Assembly: GCA_902775285.1 (NCBI GenBank)
Contig: CACYLI010000002.1
Coordinates: 8,413-72,412 of the forward strand
Reading direction: 5' to 3'
Length of the DNA: 64,000 bases
DNA from: an uncultured Erysipelotrichaceae bacterium
GTDB taxonomy: Bacteria > Bacillota_I > Bacilli_A > RF39 > UBA660
Shown one piece after another: positions 23,101 through 29,200 of this stretch. Under the pieces are notes generated by a model, which saw nothing but the letters and a program-made list of their open reading frames with translations, was not told the origin of the DNA and did not search any database. A program made the position numbers and the translations under genes. Position 1 is the first letter of the stretch, and every line of letters starts with the position of its first letter.

Positions 23101-23638
23101 GAGTAACTTCCTGTTTTTGTTCTATAGTTAAACTATCTAAATCAAATTTTTCTATTTCTTTATTTATATTTTCGTTTAAAAAATCATTAACTATTCTATA
23201 ATTATCATCATTACTTGTATTATATGTAGCATCATAAGTACTACTATTATCAGGAGAAGACTGATATATAGGTGCTGATGCACTAAAAGAAAAAGGATCA
23301 TTTAAATTTGATGAAGAAGTAGTTGTAGATAAATCTGATGATGAATTAACTGAAGAATTGTTTGTATTAGAATTATTTACACTTTCTTTATTTGCTGCAT
23401 TTTCTTTATTTACTACTACATTTCCTTCAAATGATTTTATTTGATTTTCTTCTATTTCTGCTTTTGTTTTACTAGCAAACATTGTTCCTGCAATAGCAGC
23501 CGTTTCAGCTCCAAAAACACCTTTTGCTATTTTTTCTTCTTTAGTTATATCTTTTTTTTCTTCATGTAAAAGAGCACCACAAAACGGGCATTTATTTAAT
23601 TTTTTATTTATTTGTTTTCCACATTTTATACATTTCAT
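5114..23638 (-). CDS. Giant (~6,170 aa) multidomain putative T7SS effector: zinc ribbon, ~190-aa repeats, hydrophobic region, coiled coil, two papain-like domains, one transglutaminase-like domain, unknown C-terminal domain
   Basis: 18.5-kb uninterrupted ORF; CxxC..CxxC at N-terminus; GACSYA...H.TTI.G...[ST]WG twice; GCICATWA...SHAAMY...PDM once; located in the essC/WXG100/DUF4176 locus; start moved to MKCIKC from AAGGA RBS spacing. Confidence 0.85.
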   Translation of the reverse strand: MKCIKCGKQINKKLNKCPFCGALLHEEKKDITKEEKIAKGVFGAETAAIAGTMFASKTKAEIEENQIKSFEGNVVVNKENAANKESVNNSNTNNSSVNSSSDLSTTTSSSNLNDPFSFSASAPIYQSSPDNSSTYDATYNTSNDDNYRIVNDFLNENINKEIEKFDLDSLTIEQKQEVTQNVYDSIRDYIKELIDSGEIEVEGDLTDEELNKLIAQFLSGDNSNQDNGDLVVLDRSKIEEEFTRIINENLEEYGIKIDFKLSENVLNLEDIEIIEKDGNRTYKDKEGNIYNSLEELVVAHPELIDVLKVIEENSEDEEKNDLEDENAGGGYAGGVISIDYAALGSAIAILGGPSITGQDNAKNKGKTGWNYLQNKASDLNKVFEKFQTGENKTSQHGATYNFSISGTKYASSFSSMCSSISKIGVKGSGSGYNSFLANLHKQLVNLKEKMDDSNKDKDGKEIFSDSEKTLMNYAFDLTASEYAAGYGAMLGQSEAVIANWMDTFNTSAQKRKDDFYKELDKTNRKTFDSNYKNIIDAMLEQEYAAKWAEEHGNEYPSKSDRKSSKYKKGLASYKEKNKQAYNKDSKKYKEYRKKFLESQSSYYKNLEENNIRLKDYHAQSAVIENLAKEYENSQKLLSLEEEIKELDRLLAERKITKKEYLSAKLEIESEMKKYDDHFDAIRVLGSTNEERALYEKYYNEVMNENASSIEVLAILDDYDKLLANYSDLDEKTKSVVDKATEFKNSQARLAELNGLEHLTEKQEKEKKELEKITGQYSGVASALYYYQNATRVFMEYAENLREHGFTVEDNELQIILLTQKLDNMAQANNEAAILVKKINDNLATEEDKKRLEQIGKDYGVLTKEVDGVLTIYRNNDPTNGTVFGLTEEESALYFSKYANEVLPKIKVQSMVNNISEWAIKDRKGELSGKDLEYFHQAQEILKARSTLEKYADLETIPPYLEEEINKARELIYNFSVADQIAFQHMESARLNLDFYSNIGEYFKSQDDVRAFNIAKQMFENNQELCQIEMGSNDNSAHYQAKKDELHTTAAVSEQDKQWLEENYGDSIKLWNLINNFDELKGEYDSKLVAEAKKVLDAKAQLERYDELYGRRTKLTAEEKEEYNALKTQLSTIKSNANPFSDIELAIFGYSDTARVYDEIRTNYLSSGYAVENKDLDIIKLVDDMNSQSTAYYRKVFLERELQNNTSLTASERQKYETELEGLKDAKPVVLTKEQSNLYMGRYANEILPAVKVQTAVYNYEEWQEKYNNGKLTKAEEEIYLQATEIVDARRYLELKDKEKLTTEEKNELSRLESKIDTDTATTKAYPFSQVEQLAFSNMENARMFMEFGNNLNRYGYAVENKDLDVVLLTDSICNQAISYYNAQEEIKEISDKLANSHLSDRDRTNYERRLTELYKIEKPRLTEEQNNVYSEQYTKILPAIKTQSILYNYEEWQEKYNNNELTDAETKEFLRAKVIIDSRKEYNRFLELQDFKNQRELTPEELKEYNRINSHMDIIESNINPFSQVEQIAFSNMENSRLYFEFGNNLAKYGYAVSNKDIQIVLLTNKLYTMSENNLEISDIMSRIALGQATEEDVKKLEEYNKIKQDGLTEEESKLYFSEYAQKVLPKIKTQEIINNYSEWQEKYANGTLSKEEQELYSQATQIISAKGQYKRYLELKDKTTLSTSETKELEKLESKIDSIYSNANKFSVVDQLAYYNISNANMYMASSREMQTVLRIISGTNFETQVLSSNNDDITIYTPVISEENQEYIDNYYKNSHALQVQNAILHLDELDPNSALYKEAQEAQEAQSKIEKYQTLKGIEASEQELSSEQKSELASIEKDLKTIVDNACFLSSSEQLIFSYMRSIELNNEYLSVSKELEEAKQIQALRDETTLNVYATRKQTVEFFENHPEAVEIDDKVATLEEQLKDIEYNRNVSRLDMIRINEMSSGNLDGFISSDDIHNYLLANNAEYNQLSFDVDNYILEKTKEQQSENLSAINKATSDSNWFKILSVIGNAFNAQYHDPAGEALSKLILKDKYIEPERMGADGLTDSQREIFENKYGLVIEYGLENAILNRKIEQTAADQIKCILNAQDKSLFSGDIGVDHFVKIPDPETSTFQMYFYDKDGKLVKNKDQIALYCISNGIDATGLDVSGNIKKYTDNLNALVAGSKENNYNYTTEQALQCYSYLMNKYGIDEATEIFSIFNDTGAKIIGYELGQERYAKMKEAFENTSGFWSDAGKFAYMAGYSLYDGVNGWADNFINIFAADGRKTAKDYKIEKFLNDVTLDDDFASYLINEYEIGSSIGNMLPSIVATLGISVATGGLGLPETALKSFQFLASFATMGLSAAGGTKQQAMIEGMDEATATIYGLLSGLSETTMEAVLGKLPGLSMLNESFEGAKGLAGVFTKMLSEGFEESVQEVYDAFLSSVFTGESVVVDPNAVLKAGLYGAITSGVMSVAGGVASQGLNIVNVGIDLASYAVLDSPSALKYLNNKYRGSNIIKLFTSQELRSDLRFMNQIRNNLKEKIAVAEVNPELKAKYDQLVANGEINSEKIKYSDYALEEAYAALNLEQAIINARNESLNYGHDSIAALTDDRIANILTERQETLDSLKEKREQYIKLQRDLGLTNDQVSELLNNNKEGILNIAAESKLINLHAEISELLSELNKSNDYVYDNYLSIRDTLLNLESSIENDSSLATRENTDTISKLKHQLELFENITSINDDILLKSTTEQEINDTLLYNEKLLAERLLTLQKVNEKLDENNQIIQDINPEEKNNTEFDKLNKDIESLEVLKEKLDREIEVLGKRLETTLDSRDTIATLLSEDNSRINTILEDYRTQLESIEQKNVELRERLKKENDFTILSNIEKEIQSNDTEIEKLEKQVSNLQETIDKNNTEIEKLTNGKIIGINNGSDTQTSQVLRAISGDTVLMGLIPNNLRQMLGVVDNTPENNNAPGNTNAPVIDGRSDRSTMDDRAASDIKFNDEVIHDEQSSQDEVPVLKPDISLVVNRMLENIELTDEVLDRCGITLLTNIHKLSNESVKNRVLEYYQSESIDTSTLSDEAIYEIIENPVFIDLFSKTSFIDEVISRDLNVNRIISSMPKESLQRIIYSVNDMQTYADFVNKISDIEVVRNILSSGFKNTENIIDHLNEKMLDEVISNNLLSKENIEDLIVRIIDKKSNIDVNKLFNDLTVEQVKEYELFFRTGLTEYGRKNLIPLLNANNILKIKEFYGNVIYSRLTYQQLVELESIGNSEFIDYLTNLQKAIYIINSKYDSYIEHVSNPRNLIGVYYTVNRADGSKCKIGLSNIINNNGKPIYVYNINGSMYYSTTNIASITANSRDFLYNEVADEFLSESRLDSILASDRFLGKIEVKDGKFTINMDEKSEVLSIVDTYVNEDTNFYEHLRDSNTRKQFGTNQRVREVNRTRNFVTEDGVDSGIDIGSYTRLVEHFKNKYNLSEQETINTLLNVIDNEAGACSYADLTNVIFSTFKNNVSAFKKTFGFDMYEFENGKKTLNYRMLLMDMYIRMNSTDLSVYDGAHHPRIFSIDPVTNERIINARVDENGKIKVDRFGNIEYCTDKEQVYASRGGILTSAAIKYLNDYGIEIENNANLNYFDKDGSLDIDRLKQDLRRRILNGEHLSLTERIKTINTKDKNGKTIRVVDQSQKNLIFHNLDGERNTEILNWKEGAGHVTTIVGLTEDGVIVVSWGMKHEIKFSDLTQYNCRFTTTNLNTPLLRTIAENSVRYQELANMDIVTLATEIRTDDSIDLDYILKNYLSHETISGLIDEMGANEVLSRVRSARSVNTILEIIRNQISKEEFLQTLSNLTTEQKLLLIRNDDINNELKLDVVNSATTGNELAYAMIELYDAFSSEDFNNFRQNLTTSQMRLLVESDILGEREKIGYVRNAHMSPESVIKYFDDNVDQLLSYANEYYDSNTEYSQFLNKLSFDQLTDTVIYYKATSLHIDALINKSENSSLLTDIFFNDIGKNDLYEYLMSKSSNEIERIASKLTEDGKTKLNNIIQKGIDSLFDEEATLERTFELNEENIENKINDESIILNSSEVIDEGSMIREYSEVNKSTLKESVLAKIKPEMSEFEKARLIYLELGKKLDYSALYRYSLSKEGSAYYESEYNRKLTIDEVEKTGCICATWAQIYSEMLIAAGFKPESIVVQRLMYDDNSYVYNSHAAMYVILEDGSLIVPDMTIPLGHPDYYNIKVGRPTTGFMYLSSEQIKSKYWHDSEFANVTKESRISPFNYRLEFMDGVNDNISEEVRDIIDEFGSYFYGWVLPNPDGNIKYNIDKAKLAKQKAIFKIINEGNTDAILNVDSRISPLLSVSDYFIKELTEELIESRTENDLELFDSLSLLGNIKLEDIKGLPGLLEALPTLFGIDNVRNRNIGTLQQYMRDVASQEDLLTGGRNNKTITIGLNNKTQNNALNINIYETDANGKSVLVTSFGIRVDENNQYVIYSNTIATKINKLLESSDRTEVTRILESLTPSELLTLENIGVNVSEYIDMNTQKIIEAQNLVEIGATESIATRVSNIVTDIEKQVDSNQILDSQKIRLTKSLINLKNSINNKLSTITNSISKIYSRIVNSINNLISKLDSKPTNISDNIIDNILNGREIDESVKERLLTTREFNRLIQGYNTDSNKLEFEERLNSIIQNVIIELDIQNKLNSGIDFDNTIERLSTIPGESIVRILNSLDKELFTKCITSIDSDILSNIHFNYELINKIPKEVFKTLFESNTFVKNNLGLIAPSYSKFDLTADEVASRVLQIDNYSLFIDEGYIDLISEIKDIKLIRSLLDADGNYKKVYFILDYTTDEIFNELIKDKEFVNEHKYDLIDLTRENLDSDTILSNMEIDDFLANTISAFPNFVNNIKSIDNIKKLINSYSNNEYKIRFLDKVNTDLNNGFISNYVIDFLNSLSTDEFNELYRNIDVDFVSLIIKTGIREYNNQILNKVFMSNNINSLTSSNILYLYQTNNDYIKYIDGNNLIDLYLSTNDTKILDYIKENPRLLHANRFNIKIGDSELTYLGVLTIDGRKVYEYKYNNKVLYTDSELFTLCLSEGAKVIDLIKEELITKDTSFVGRITSDLRYEFDSEMSDLIESRINTGLIEKEIFFEKHRHGNKRSTLGTNQKIKRSERIYSFIRRNNYGQIGPSQINTPSFRRFVDHFSSKYNMTEGLIVETINNIIDSQKGACSYANLCNVILWIFRNNPEGFKRRFGFDMYEYENGVRVLNTRALLFDMYLFFNSSDTNPNGRIFTIDTDGKRKLNIINEDGKFRTANSKEQVYACNIDGYYQIAFDYLRHYGIETEGSKLTLSYNEDGSVDIDLLKNDIKRRLANGEILSLTERVEMDTDKKGNKVVSKDAHELVLYNLDETNDYSSTFNWNEGGAHITTIIGANEDGLIVITWGHKALIRYSDLYSDNSAIFSLNLEMNSEENIQVTRNKIKELIAKKDYLQVIRGLESNIINLDTLELTDNKELLIELLNNMEPNSILKYTSDPEILLEYYNLIVDNPEIVNEFINSMSLEQKINLYYNSYNEIKLKELIIRSLTKEELESISDNDYTFIKSIEVYLTEKQKSYIKEQTEISSKQSLMEKLLGVKKNDEVLHYYIESDIIEANNSSSEHNQSAIIEIDDSEDVGAVNSSPRKLDGLQKSSIVDYFSKASSNLKTRIIESSDTIVNGFPENMIVETNGIIIEMSGHKEGDRIIGCLKHANEIVESVLMNYSVSINKADLDELLNIAKEQKRDFKGTFKLAPNGDYLIEVNGGYGTNNQLYTDLKNFLENNEKAKSIIAKIDSSIAESIGQSNYCANKDTLTGKYRLESLLISAGIIDENGNLTQNYQNETEIIDILQKIKKNKGIIDSSDLNKIRNIARLATMHLYMNAIDKCINQQNNSEKYKYSSSKYSRGLKILVDANANANGNYRFIIEILGNDISPTSKKTFHIDKKIFHMYPTSERVNSNALAPIISSIEWYIKEISKRISNDEAIKPSNSKEYKMIVKQELINTMILDSTDAGYTSTFFHITISNMIEELFNFDGGKNLGLNKYLDEMYENPELKINLMQMQERMKDSVYAKVDENNLTLISKVYESIITIIIKDKVFNVFSTDEDIKNYILSYLPNSQLAEKAFDELMKNIDFQNMLKNGKINTCTEEELKDLIGWWSYE
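18000..21700 (-). repeat. Tandem ~185-200-aa helical repeats (about 6-7 degenerate copies) in the giant protein
   Basis: Recurrent GY/FxVE/SNKD/E (near 21229, 20140, 19576, 18991), LTEE..LY..YA..LP..K.Q, NY.EWQEKY.NG.L, FS.VEQ.AF..ME.AR. Confidence 0.85.
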
Positions 23639-23660
23639 ACTCTTATTCCTTATTATCATC

Positions 23661-24266
23661 TCACATTGTCATACCATGAGTAGGACATGCTGGCATTCTT
23701 GCATAATTATTATAAGCATTATCTGCTTTTATTCTTAATGCATTTATTTCATCTGATAAAGCTTGTATATCTGCATTTAATTTATCTATCTCATCATTTA
23801 ATTTTTTATTCAGTTTTAGACATTTTTCTAACATTTTAACTAAATTATCTTTATATTTTTTTAGTGAACTTGATAATTCTTGACATTTTCCTCTATCGAA
23901 TGGTTCAGAATTTATTATTACGCGCTTTAAATATTCACTAATTGCATCTAAAGCTGATGAATAATCTCCAAGTATATCAATAAACTCAGAAAGTAATGGT
24001 AAAAATTCTTCATAATTAGCTCGTGTTTCTTCATCTGTTGCTAATTGTTCTTGTTTTGTTTCTTGTTCTGTTATTTTTTCTTCTTTTTGAGTTTCTAAAC
24101 TCTTATATAAAGAATATGCAGCATTTCTAGCTCCACAAGTACAAATAGGAGTATAAACAGGAGTATTCCCCCCTTTTTTTCCACTACCTTTTCCTCCACT
24201 TTTTGCTGGAGCATTAGTGCCATCTACTACCATTCGAAATTTTATATTATTATGAATACGTCTCAT
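23661..24266 (-). CDS. Coiled-coil protein with Gly/Lys-rich N-terminus and terminal Cys/His motifs; likely T7SS effector partner
   Basis: 201 aa, RBS AGGTGAGG, directly upstream of the giant gene; CTCG near N-terminus and CPTHG at C-terminus flank long heptad helices. Confidence 0.7.
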   Translation of the reverse strand: MRRIHNNIKFRMVVDGTNAPAKSGGKGSGKKGGNTPVYTPICTCGARNAAYSLYKSLETQKEEKITEQETKQEQLATDEETRANYEEFLPLLSEFIDILGDYSSALDAISEYLKRVIINSEPFDRGKCQELSSSLKKYKDNLVKMLEKCLKLNKKLNDEIDKLNADIQALSDEINALRIKADNAYNNYARMPACPTHGMTM

Positions 24267-24332
24267 ATCCTCACCTATTATTCTACTATAATAAGTTTAC
24301 TATAATATAGGGTTTTTTTCAATAAAATAGCA

Positions 24333-24368
24333 TAAAAAAAAAGAAACTTTTTAGTTTCATTTTTTTAC
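24333..24368 (-). terminator. Probable intrinsic terminator after 24378..24695
   Basis: GAAAC...GTTTC hairpin flanked by A and T runs. Confidence 0.5.
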
Positions 24369-24377
24369 TTTAGAAAA

Positions 24378-24695
24378 CTATCTTTTTTCTATTTGATTTT
24401 CTTCTATTAAAGTATATTCTCTATTAGCTTCTTCTATTAATTTTGAATACATTTGATTATATAATGTAATATTATTTTTATCACTAAAATAGCCTAAAAA
24501 TCTAAATATAGCAAATATTGTACTTTTAGGAGTACGATTAATGCTTTCTTCTACTGATAAAAGAGTAAAGATATCTTCAGCTATTTTTTCATCTTTTTTA
24601 TTTCCAGAAGATGCATTTTTTTCTTTTAAAGAAGTAGCTCTTTTTCTCATATCACTAATTAAACTATTCAAATTTAAAATATCTTCATCTTTCAT
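24378..24695 (-). CDS. Hypothetical helical protein
   Basis: ORF with GGAGAG RBS before MKDED; no recognised family. Confidence 0.6.
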   Translation of the reverse strand: MKDEDILNLNSLISDMRKRATSLKEKNASSGNKKDEKIAEDIFTLLSVEESINRTPKSTIFAIFRFLGYFSDKNNITLYNQMYSKLIEEANREYTLIEENQIEKR

Positions 24696-24750
24696 ATTTT
24701 CTCTCCATATCAATTAGATTCTATCATAATAAATCTTTTTTTTCAATTAT

Positions 24751-25503
24751 TTAGTTAAATAAGAATTCTACAGCTAGTAAAACAAATTCATGCATTTTAG
24801 CTGGATTTTGAAATCTATGATCAGCACCTTCTACACCTATAAAATCTATACTATTATTATGTGCAAATTCTTTTACTTTATCAAATGGTACTAATTCATC
24901 ATCTGTTCCATGAAATATTAATAATTTATCTTTAAAACTACTATAGTCATATTTTGTAATATCATTTTCTTTTAAAGAATCAACAAACTCTTTAGTTATT
25001 CTAAATTGTCTATCATATCCAAATAAGAAACTTTTACCATGACTTAATAGTTTTTTATTATCTTCTGTTAATATATTTTCATTTAATACTTGATACATTA
25101 TAACAGCAGGACATCTAAGAACCATTTTTTTAAATGGGCATCCATATTCATGAATATATTTGAGACTTAAGTATCCTCCAAAACTAGTGGCATTTAAATA
25201 TACATCAGCATTAAATCTTTTTTTAGCATAATTTATTACATGATTAAAATAATTAGAACAATCATCCAAGGTAAGTTTTTGTCTAACATCTTTACCATGA
25301 CAAGGCCAGTCAAATGTCAAAATACATACATCTTTATGCCTATCTAAAATGTATTCTGATAACTTCTTAGATGCATTATTTTCTTTGCTTCCACCAAAGC
25401 CATGACAAGATACTAATACTTTATTAATAGTACTCAAATCTTTATAATACATTTTACATTTAATACTTATATTATCTTCACTTATTTCAAAATACTTTTC
25501 CAT
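24751..25503 (-). CDS. Alpha/beta hydrolase (paralog of 3070..3840)
   Basis: HGFGG, FDWPCHG, ATSFGG, GTDDELV, GADHRF. Confidence 0.9.
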   Translation of the reverse strand: MEKYFEISEDNISIKCKMYYKDLSTINKVLVSCHGFGGSKENNASKKLSEYILDRHKDVCILTFDWPCHGKDVRQKLTLDDCSNYFNHVINYAKKRFNADVYLNATSFGGYLSLKYIHEYGCPFKKMVLRCPAVIMYQVLNENILTEDNKKLLSHGKSFLFGYDRQFRITKEFVDSLKENDITKYDYSSFKDKLLIFHGTDDELVPFDKVKEFAHNNSIDFIGVEGADHRFQNPAKMHEFVLLAVEFLFN

Positions 25504-25560
25504 TTTACTTAACTCTCTCTAGACTAATTTTACTATAATGATTATTTTTTTTCAACAAAT

Positions 25561-25590
25561 AAAAAAGATAAGAATAATTTCTTATCTTTG
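25561..25590 (-). terminator. Intrinsic terminator after the double-WXG100 gene
   Basis: AAAGATAAGAA...TTCTTATCTTT hairpin with T-run on minus strand. Confidence 0.75.
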
Positions 25591-25606
25591 ATATCAATAT
25601 TTTATA

Positions 25607-26224
25607 TTAAAAATTGTAATTTGAAACAGCAGTACTAATACTTGTAGAAACAGCATTTAATGTCTCTTTATAAATTTTACTCTTAGACATAAATGTATTA
25701 AATGCATTTTGAGCTTTATCTCTACCAGTTCCAGCAGTCCAGTTTTGCATTATTTTTTCATAATACATTCTTACATTTGAAATAAATCCATCCATTGCAC
25801 TATTAGCAGCATCAACTTTTGCTTTTCCTTCATTAGCTTGTGCAGTAATGTTGATTGTATCTCTAGTATCGCTGTATTCTGGTAATTTAGATTTTTCTTC
25901 AGCTACAAGTGGTGTTAGAGTTTCTAAAACAGCGCCATTAGATTTTTGAATATCTCTATAATTAGCAGCTATTTTTGTTGAATCAGAAGCTAAGCTTACT
26001 AGTGCATTTCTTATTTCAATCATACCATTAAATACTGTAACGATATTATTGATTTGAACACCAGCATCTTTTCCTTCCCAACATCCTTTAAGTACATTGA
26101 TAGCAGTACCTAAATTATTAATAATAGTATCTGCACTTGAATCCTCTGTACCCATTACTCCATTTTTGAATAATGCAACTGCATCTTCATACAAATTTTG
26201 TACACTTTGAACTTTATGATTCAT
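25607..26224 (-). CDS. Tandem (double) WXG100-like protein
   Basis: Two ~100-aa helix-turn-helix halves with central WEG and WTAG motifs, each ending in an A..NY-like segment; directly downstream of essC; strong AGGAGG RBS. Confidence 0.8.
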   Translation of the reverse strand: MNHKVQSVQNLYEDAVALFKNGVMGTEDSSADTIINNLGTAINVLKGCWEGKDAGVQINNIVTVFNGMIEIRNALVSLASDSTKIAANYRDIQKSNGAVLETLTPLVAEEKSKLPEYSDTRDTINITAQANEGKAKVDAANSAMDGFISNVRMYYEKIMQNWTAGTGRDKAQNAFNTFMSKSKIYKETLNAVSTSISTAVSNYNF

Positions 26225-26295
26225 CTTATCTACCTCCTATTTTAATAATACATCTTTTATTTTTTTATTTCAACTTATTTTACATAGTTTATACA

Positions 26296-29200
26296 TTATT
26301 TTTCTTGATTAACAAGTTTTACAACAACAGGTATTCCATTGTTAATAACTGCAGCATATTCTTTTGTTATATTGTTATAACTTGATAATTGTATTTGTGA
26401 TTTAAGTAAGAATTGTTGAGTTACTCCAGGTCCTATCCAAATACCATCATTTGTATTAACACTTTCTTTAAACCAAGCATCATACTCATACTTTTTAAAG
26501 TTAGATGGTAAATCAAATAATGCAAAACATATTTCATTATATTCTTTACTATCAAGTAAAATTTGATTAAATATTTCTTTACTCTCATCAGATAGCTTAC
26601 TATAGAACTTATCAAATCCAAATATAACACATAATAAATCTGGTTTTTTCTTTAAAACTCTAACATTCATATTATTTTCATTTAATACTGCTTTTACTTT
26701 ATCATTATGATTTTTTAATGCTGTTACAGCTTTATCAAATTCACTATTAGAATAAGCTATTTCATAATTGAATTCTTCAAAGAAATTAGTAGCATCTATT
26801 ACTACCTTAGTAAATGTCTCTTTATTTTCTATTAATCTAATAAAATTTTTAGCATATAAATTCATAGCATTCATTTCATTAGCGGAAATAATATTAACTC
26901 CATTCTTCTTAAAGTTAAATACAGTAGAAACCAATGTATCTTTTGATATACCTACAGGAATATTTTCTAAATCTACATATTTCTTATTAAATACATCATA
27001 TGTAATTTCATCAGGCATAGTAGGTATTCTTTTTGCTTTTAACATTCCACTATCACTTAATTGTTTTACAGAAGATTTAATTTTTTGAATAATATCATCT
27101 TGTTTATCAATAAATGCAGTTTGAAATTCTAAAACTTTATCTAATTTTACAAGTCCACGTCCTAAATAATTTGTTGGTACAAGACCATCTGTTTTTCCTA
27201 ATATGTCTCTATAAGACATTTCATTATTAAGTTGTAATGTATATATTTGTTTACAACTTTGAGTAACTTTAAGTCTTATACTACTTTGATTTTCAGTTGT
27301 AATTATGAAGTAAATACCATATTTACTTCCTTCTCTAATAAGAGGTACAAAATTATCTCCCATATCCATATATAGTTCATTCATTACTTCAAAATAATTA
27401 ATTACTACTACTATATTTGGAAGTTCTTTACCACTAAGTTTAATATAATCTTTATAATTACCATTATAACTAGTAAATAATTTTTTTCTTTCATTCATTT
27501 CCTTAGTAAGTAGTTTTATTAAATTATTAAGTTTTTCTTCATCATCACTAAGTACAATATCACCTACTTGAGGTGCACCATCAAAATTAATTAATGTCTC
27601 AGGTCCAAAATCGGCAATATAAATATTTAGTTCACGAGAATCATGATTAGCAATTAATGAATAGATTACTGTTTGTAACATTTCATCTTTTCCACTATCA
27701 CTCATACCATATATTATAGTATTTCCACCATCTGTTATTGGCATTGTTAATAATCCTTGATTTTGATTAGTTGGATTATCATACTCTCCTATTATAGGGT
27801 TTAAGACAAAACGTTTTTCTTTATAATTATATTTTTTTACTAAATTAGAAAGAATTATATTACTTGGTAATTTATCTAGCCATAATTGATTAATATTCAA
27901 ATTCATTTCACTACCAGTATCAATTAAATATTTAACAATTGATGTTAATTCTTCTCCTTCTGATTTTAATGATCTTCTAGCTATTGAATTATTAATTGAT
28001 CTACTTACATTACCAACATTATCAATAAAATATAAATTTTTATCTATTTGTTTTTTAAATTCCTTACTAGGATAATATTGAGCTCCTGCCCAAGCTGCTT
28101 GACCTAATGCAAATAATTCATTATATCCTACTTGTAAATAGAATCTACCAACATTTTTAAGTTCAGCTGCAAAATCATTTTTAATCATTTCCATACTATC
28201 AGATTTATCTTGAACTTTTAAACAAATTTTAAATTTAGAGTTAGACCATATTTGAGCATCTACTACTCCACTAGGTTTTTGTGTTGCTAAAATCAAGTGA
28301 ACACCTAAAGAACGTCCAATACGAGCTGTACTAATCAAATCATCCATAAAATCTGGTTGTTGATCTTTTAATTCTGCAAATTCATCACATACTATTATTA
28401 AATGTGGAATTGGTTCTTTAATAACTCCATCTCTATATAATTTTTGATATTTATATATATCTATTGTACTCTCTCCAAGTTGATCTCTTACTTCATTAAA
28501 TTTTTCTTGTCTACGTCTTAATTCACTTTGAATACTTGAAAGTGCTCTATTTATTTCTGTTTTATCTAAGTTTGTAATTGTTCCTACAACATGAGGAAGT
28601 TTTTGACCAGTATCACTATTTACAAATGCTCCAGCAAGGCCTCCACCTTTATAGTCTATTAAAACAAATGCAACTTCTTCTGGACTATAATTAATGGCCA
28701 TTGATAAAACATATGTAATGATTAATTCAGATTTACCAGAACCAGTCATACCTGCAACAAGTCCATGTGGACCATGAAATTTTTCATGTATGTCTAATAT
28801 AAATGCATCTCCATTTTCATTAACACCTATTTCAGTTTTTAAAGATTTTGTTGGATTATTAGTTTTCCATCTATTAAGTACATTTAATTGTTCAATTTGT
28901 CCAACACTAAATAATTCTAAGAATGTAATAGTACTAGGTAATTGTTTAATATCATAATCCATATATAATGGCAAATTAGATAAAGATTTTGTTACAATAT
29001 TCATATCATAATTATTATCTATTTCATCTGAAAATCTTATTTGGCTATTATCTTCACCATTAATAACAACAGAAGCTGAGTCTCCAATAGTTATAAATTT
29101 AGAAACTTGACTAGGTACTTTAGATAATTTTTCTTCTACAATTACTAAACTAAATCCTAAATTAATACGTTCTTCTAATACTTTTTCCACTATTTTTATT

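Noticed and set aside
5114-23638. Giant ORF as a phage tape-measure protein or adhesin
   Set aside because: There are no phage structural genes nearby, and no Sec signal, sortase anchor or Ig-like repeats. The context is essC/WXG100/DUF4176.
26433-26630. Minus-strand alternative-frame ORFs inside essC (also 38176..38364 in rpoC and 51615..51917 in the AI-2E gene)
   Set aside because: They are out-of-frame overlaps within conserved genes, with no evident RBS or protein-like features.
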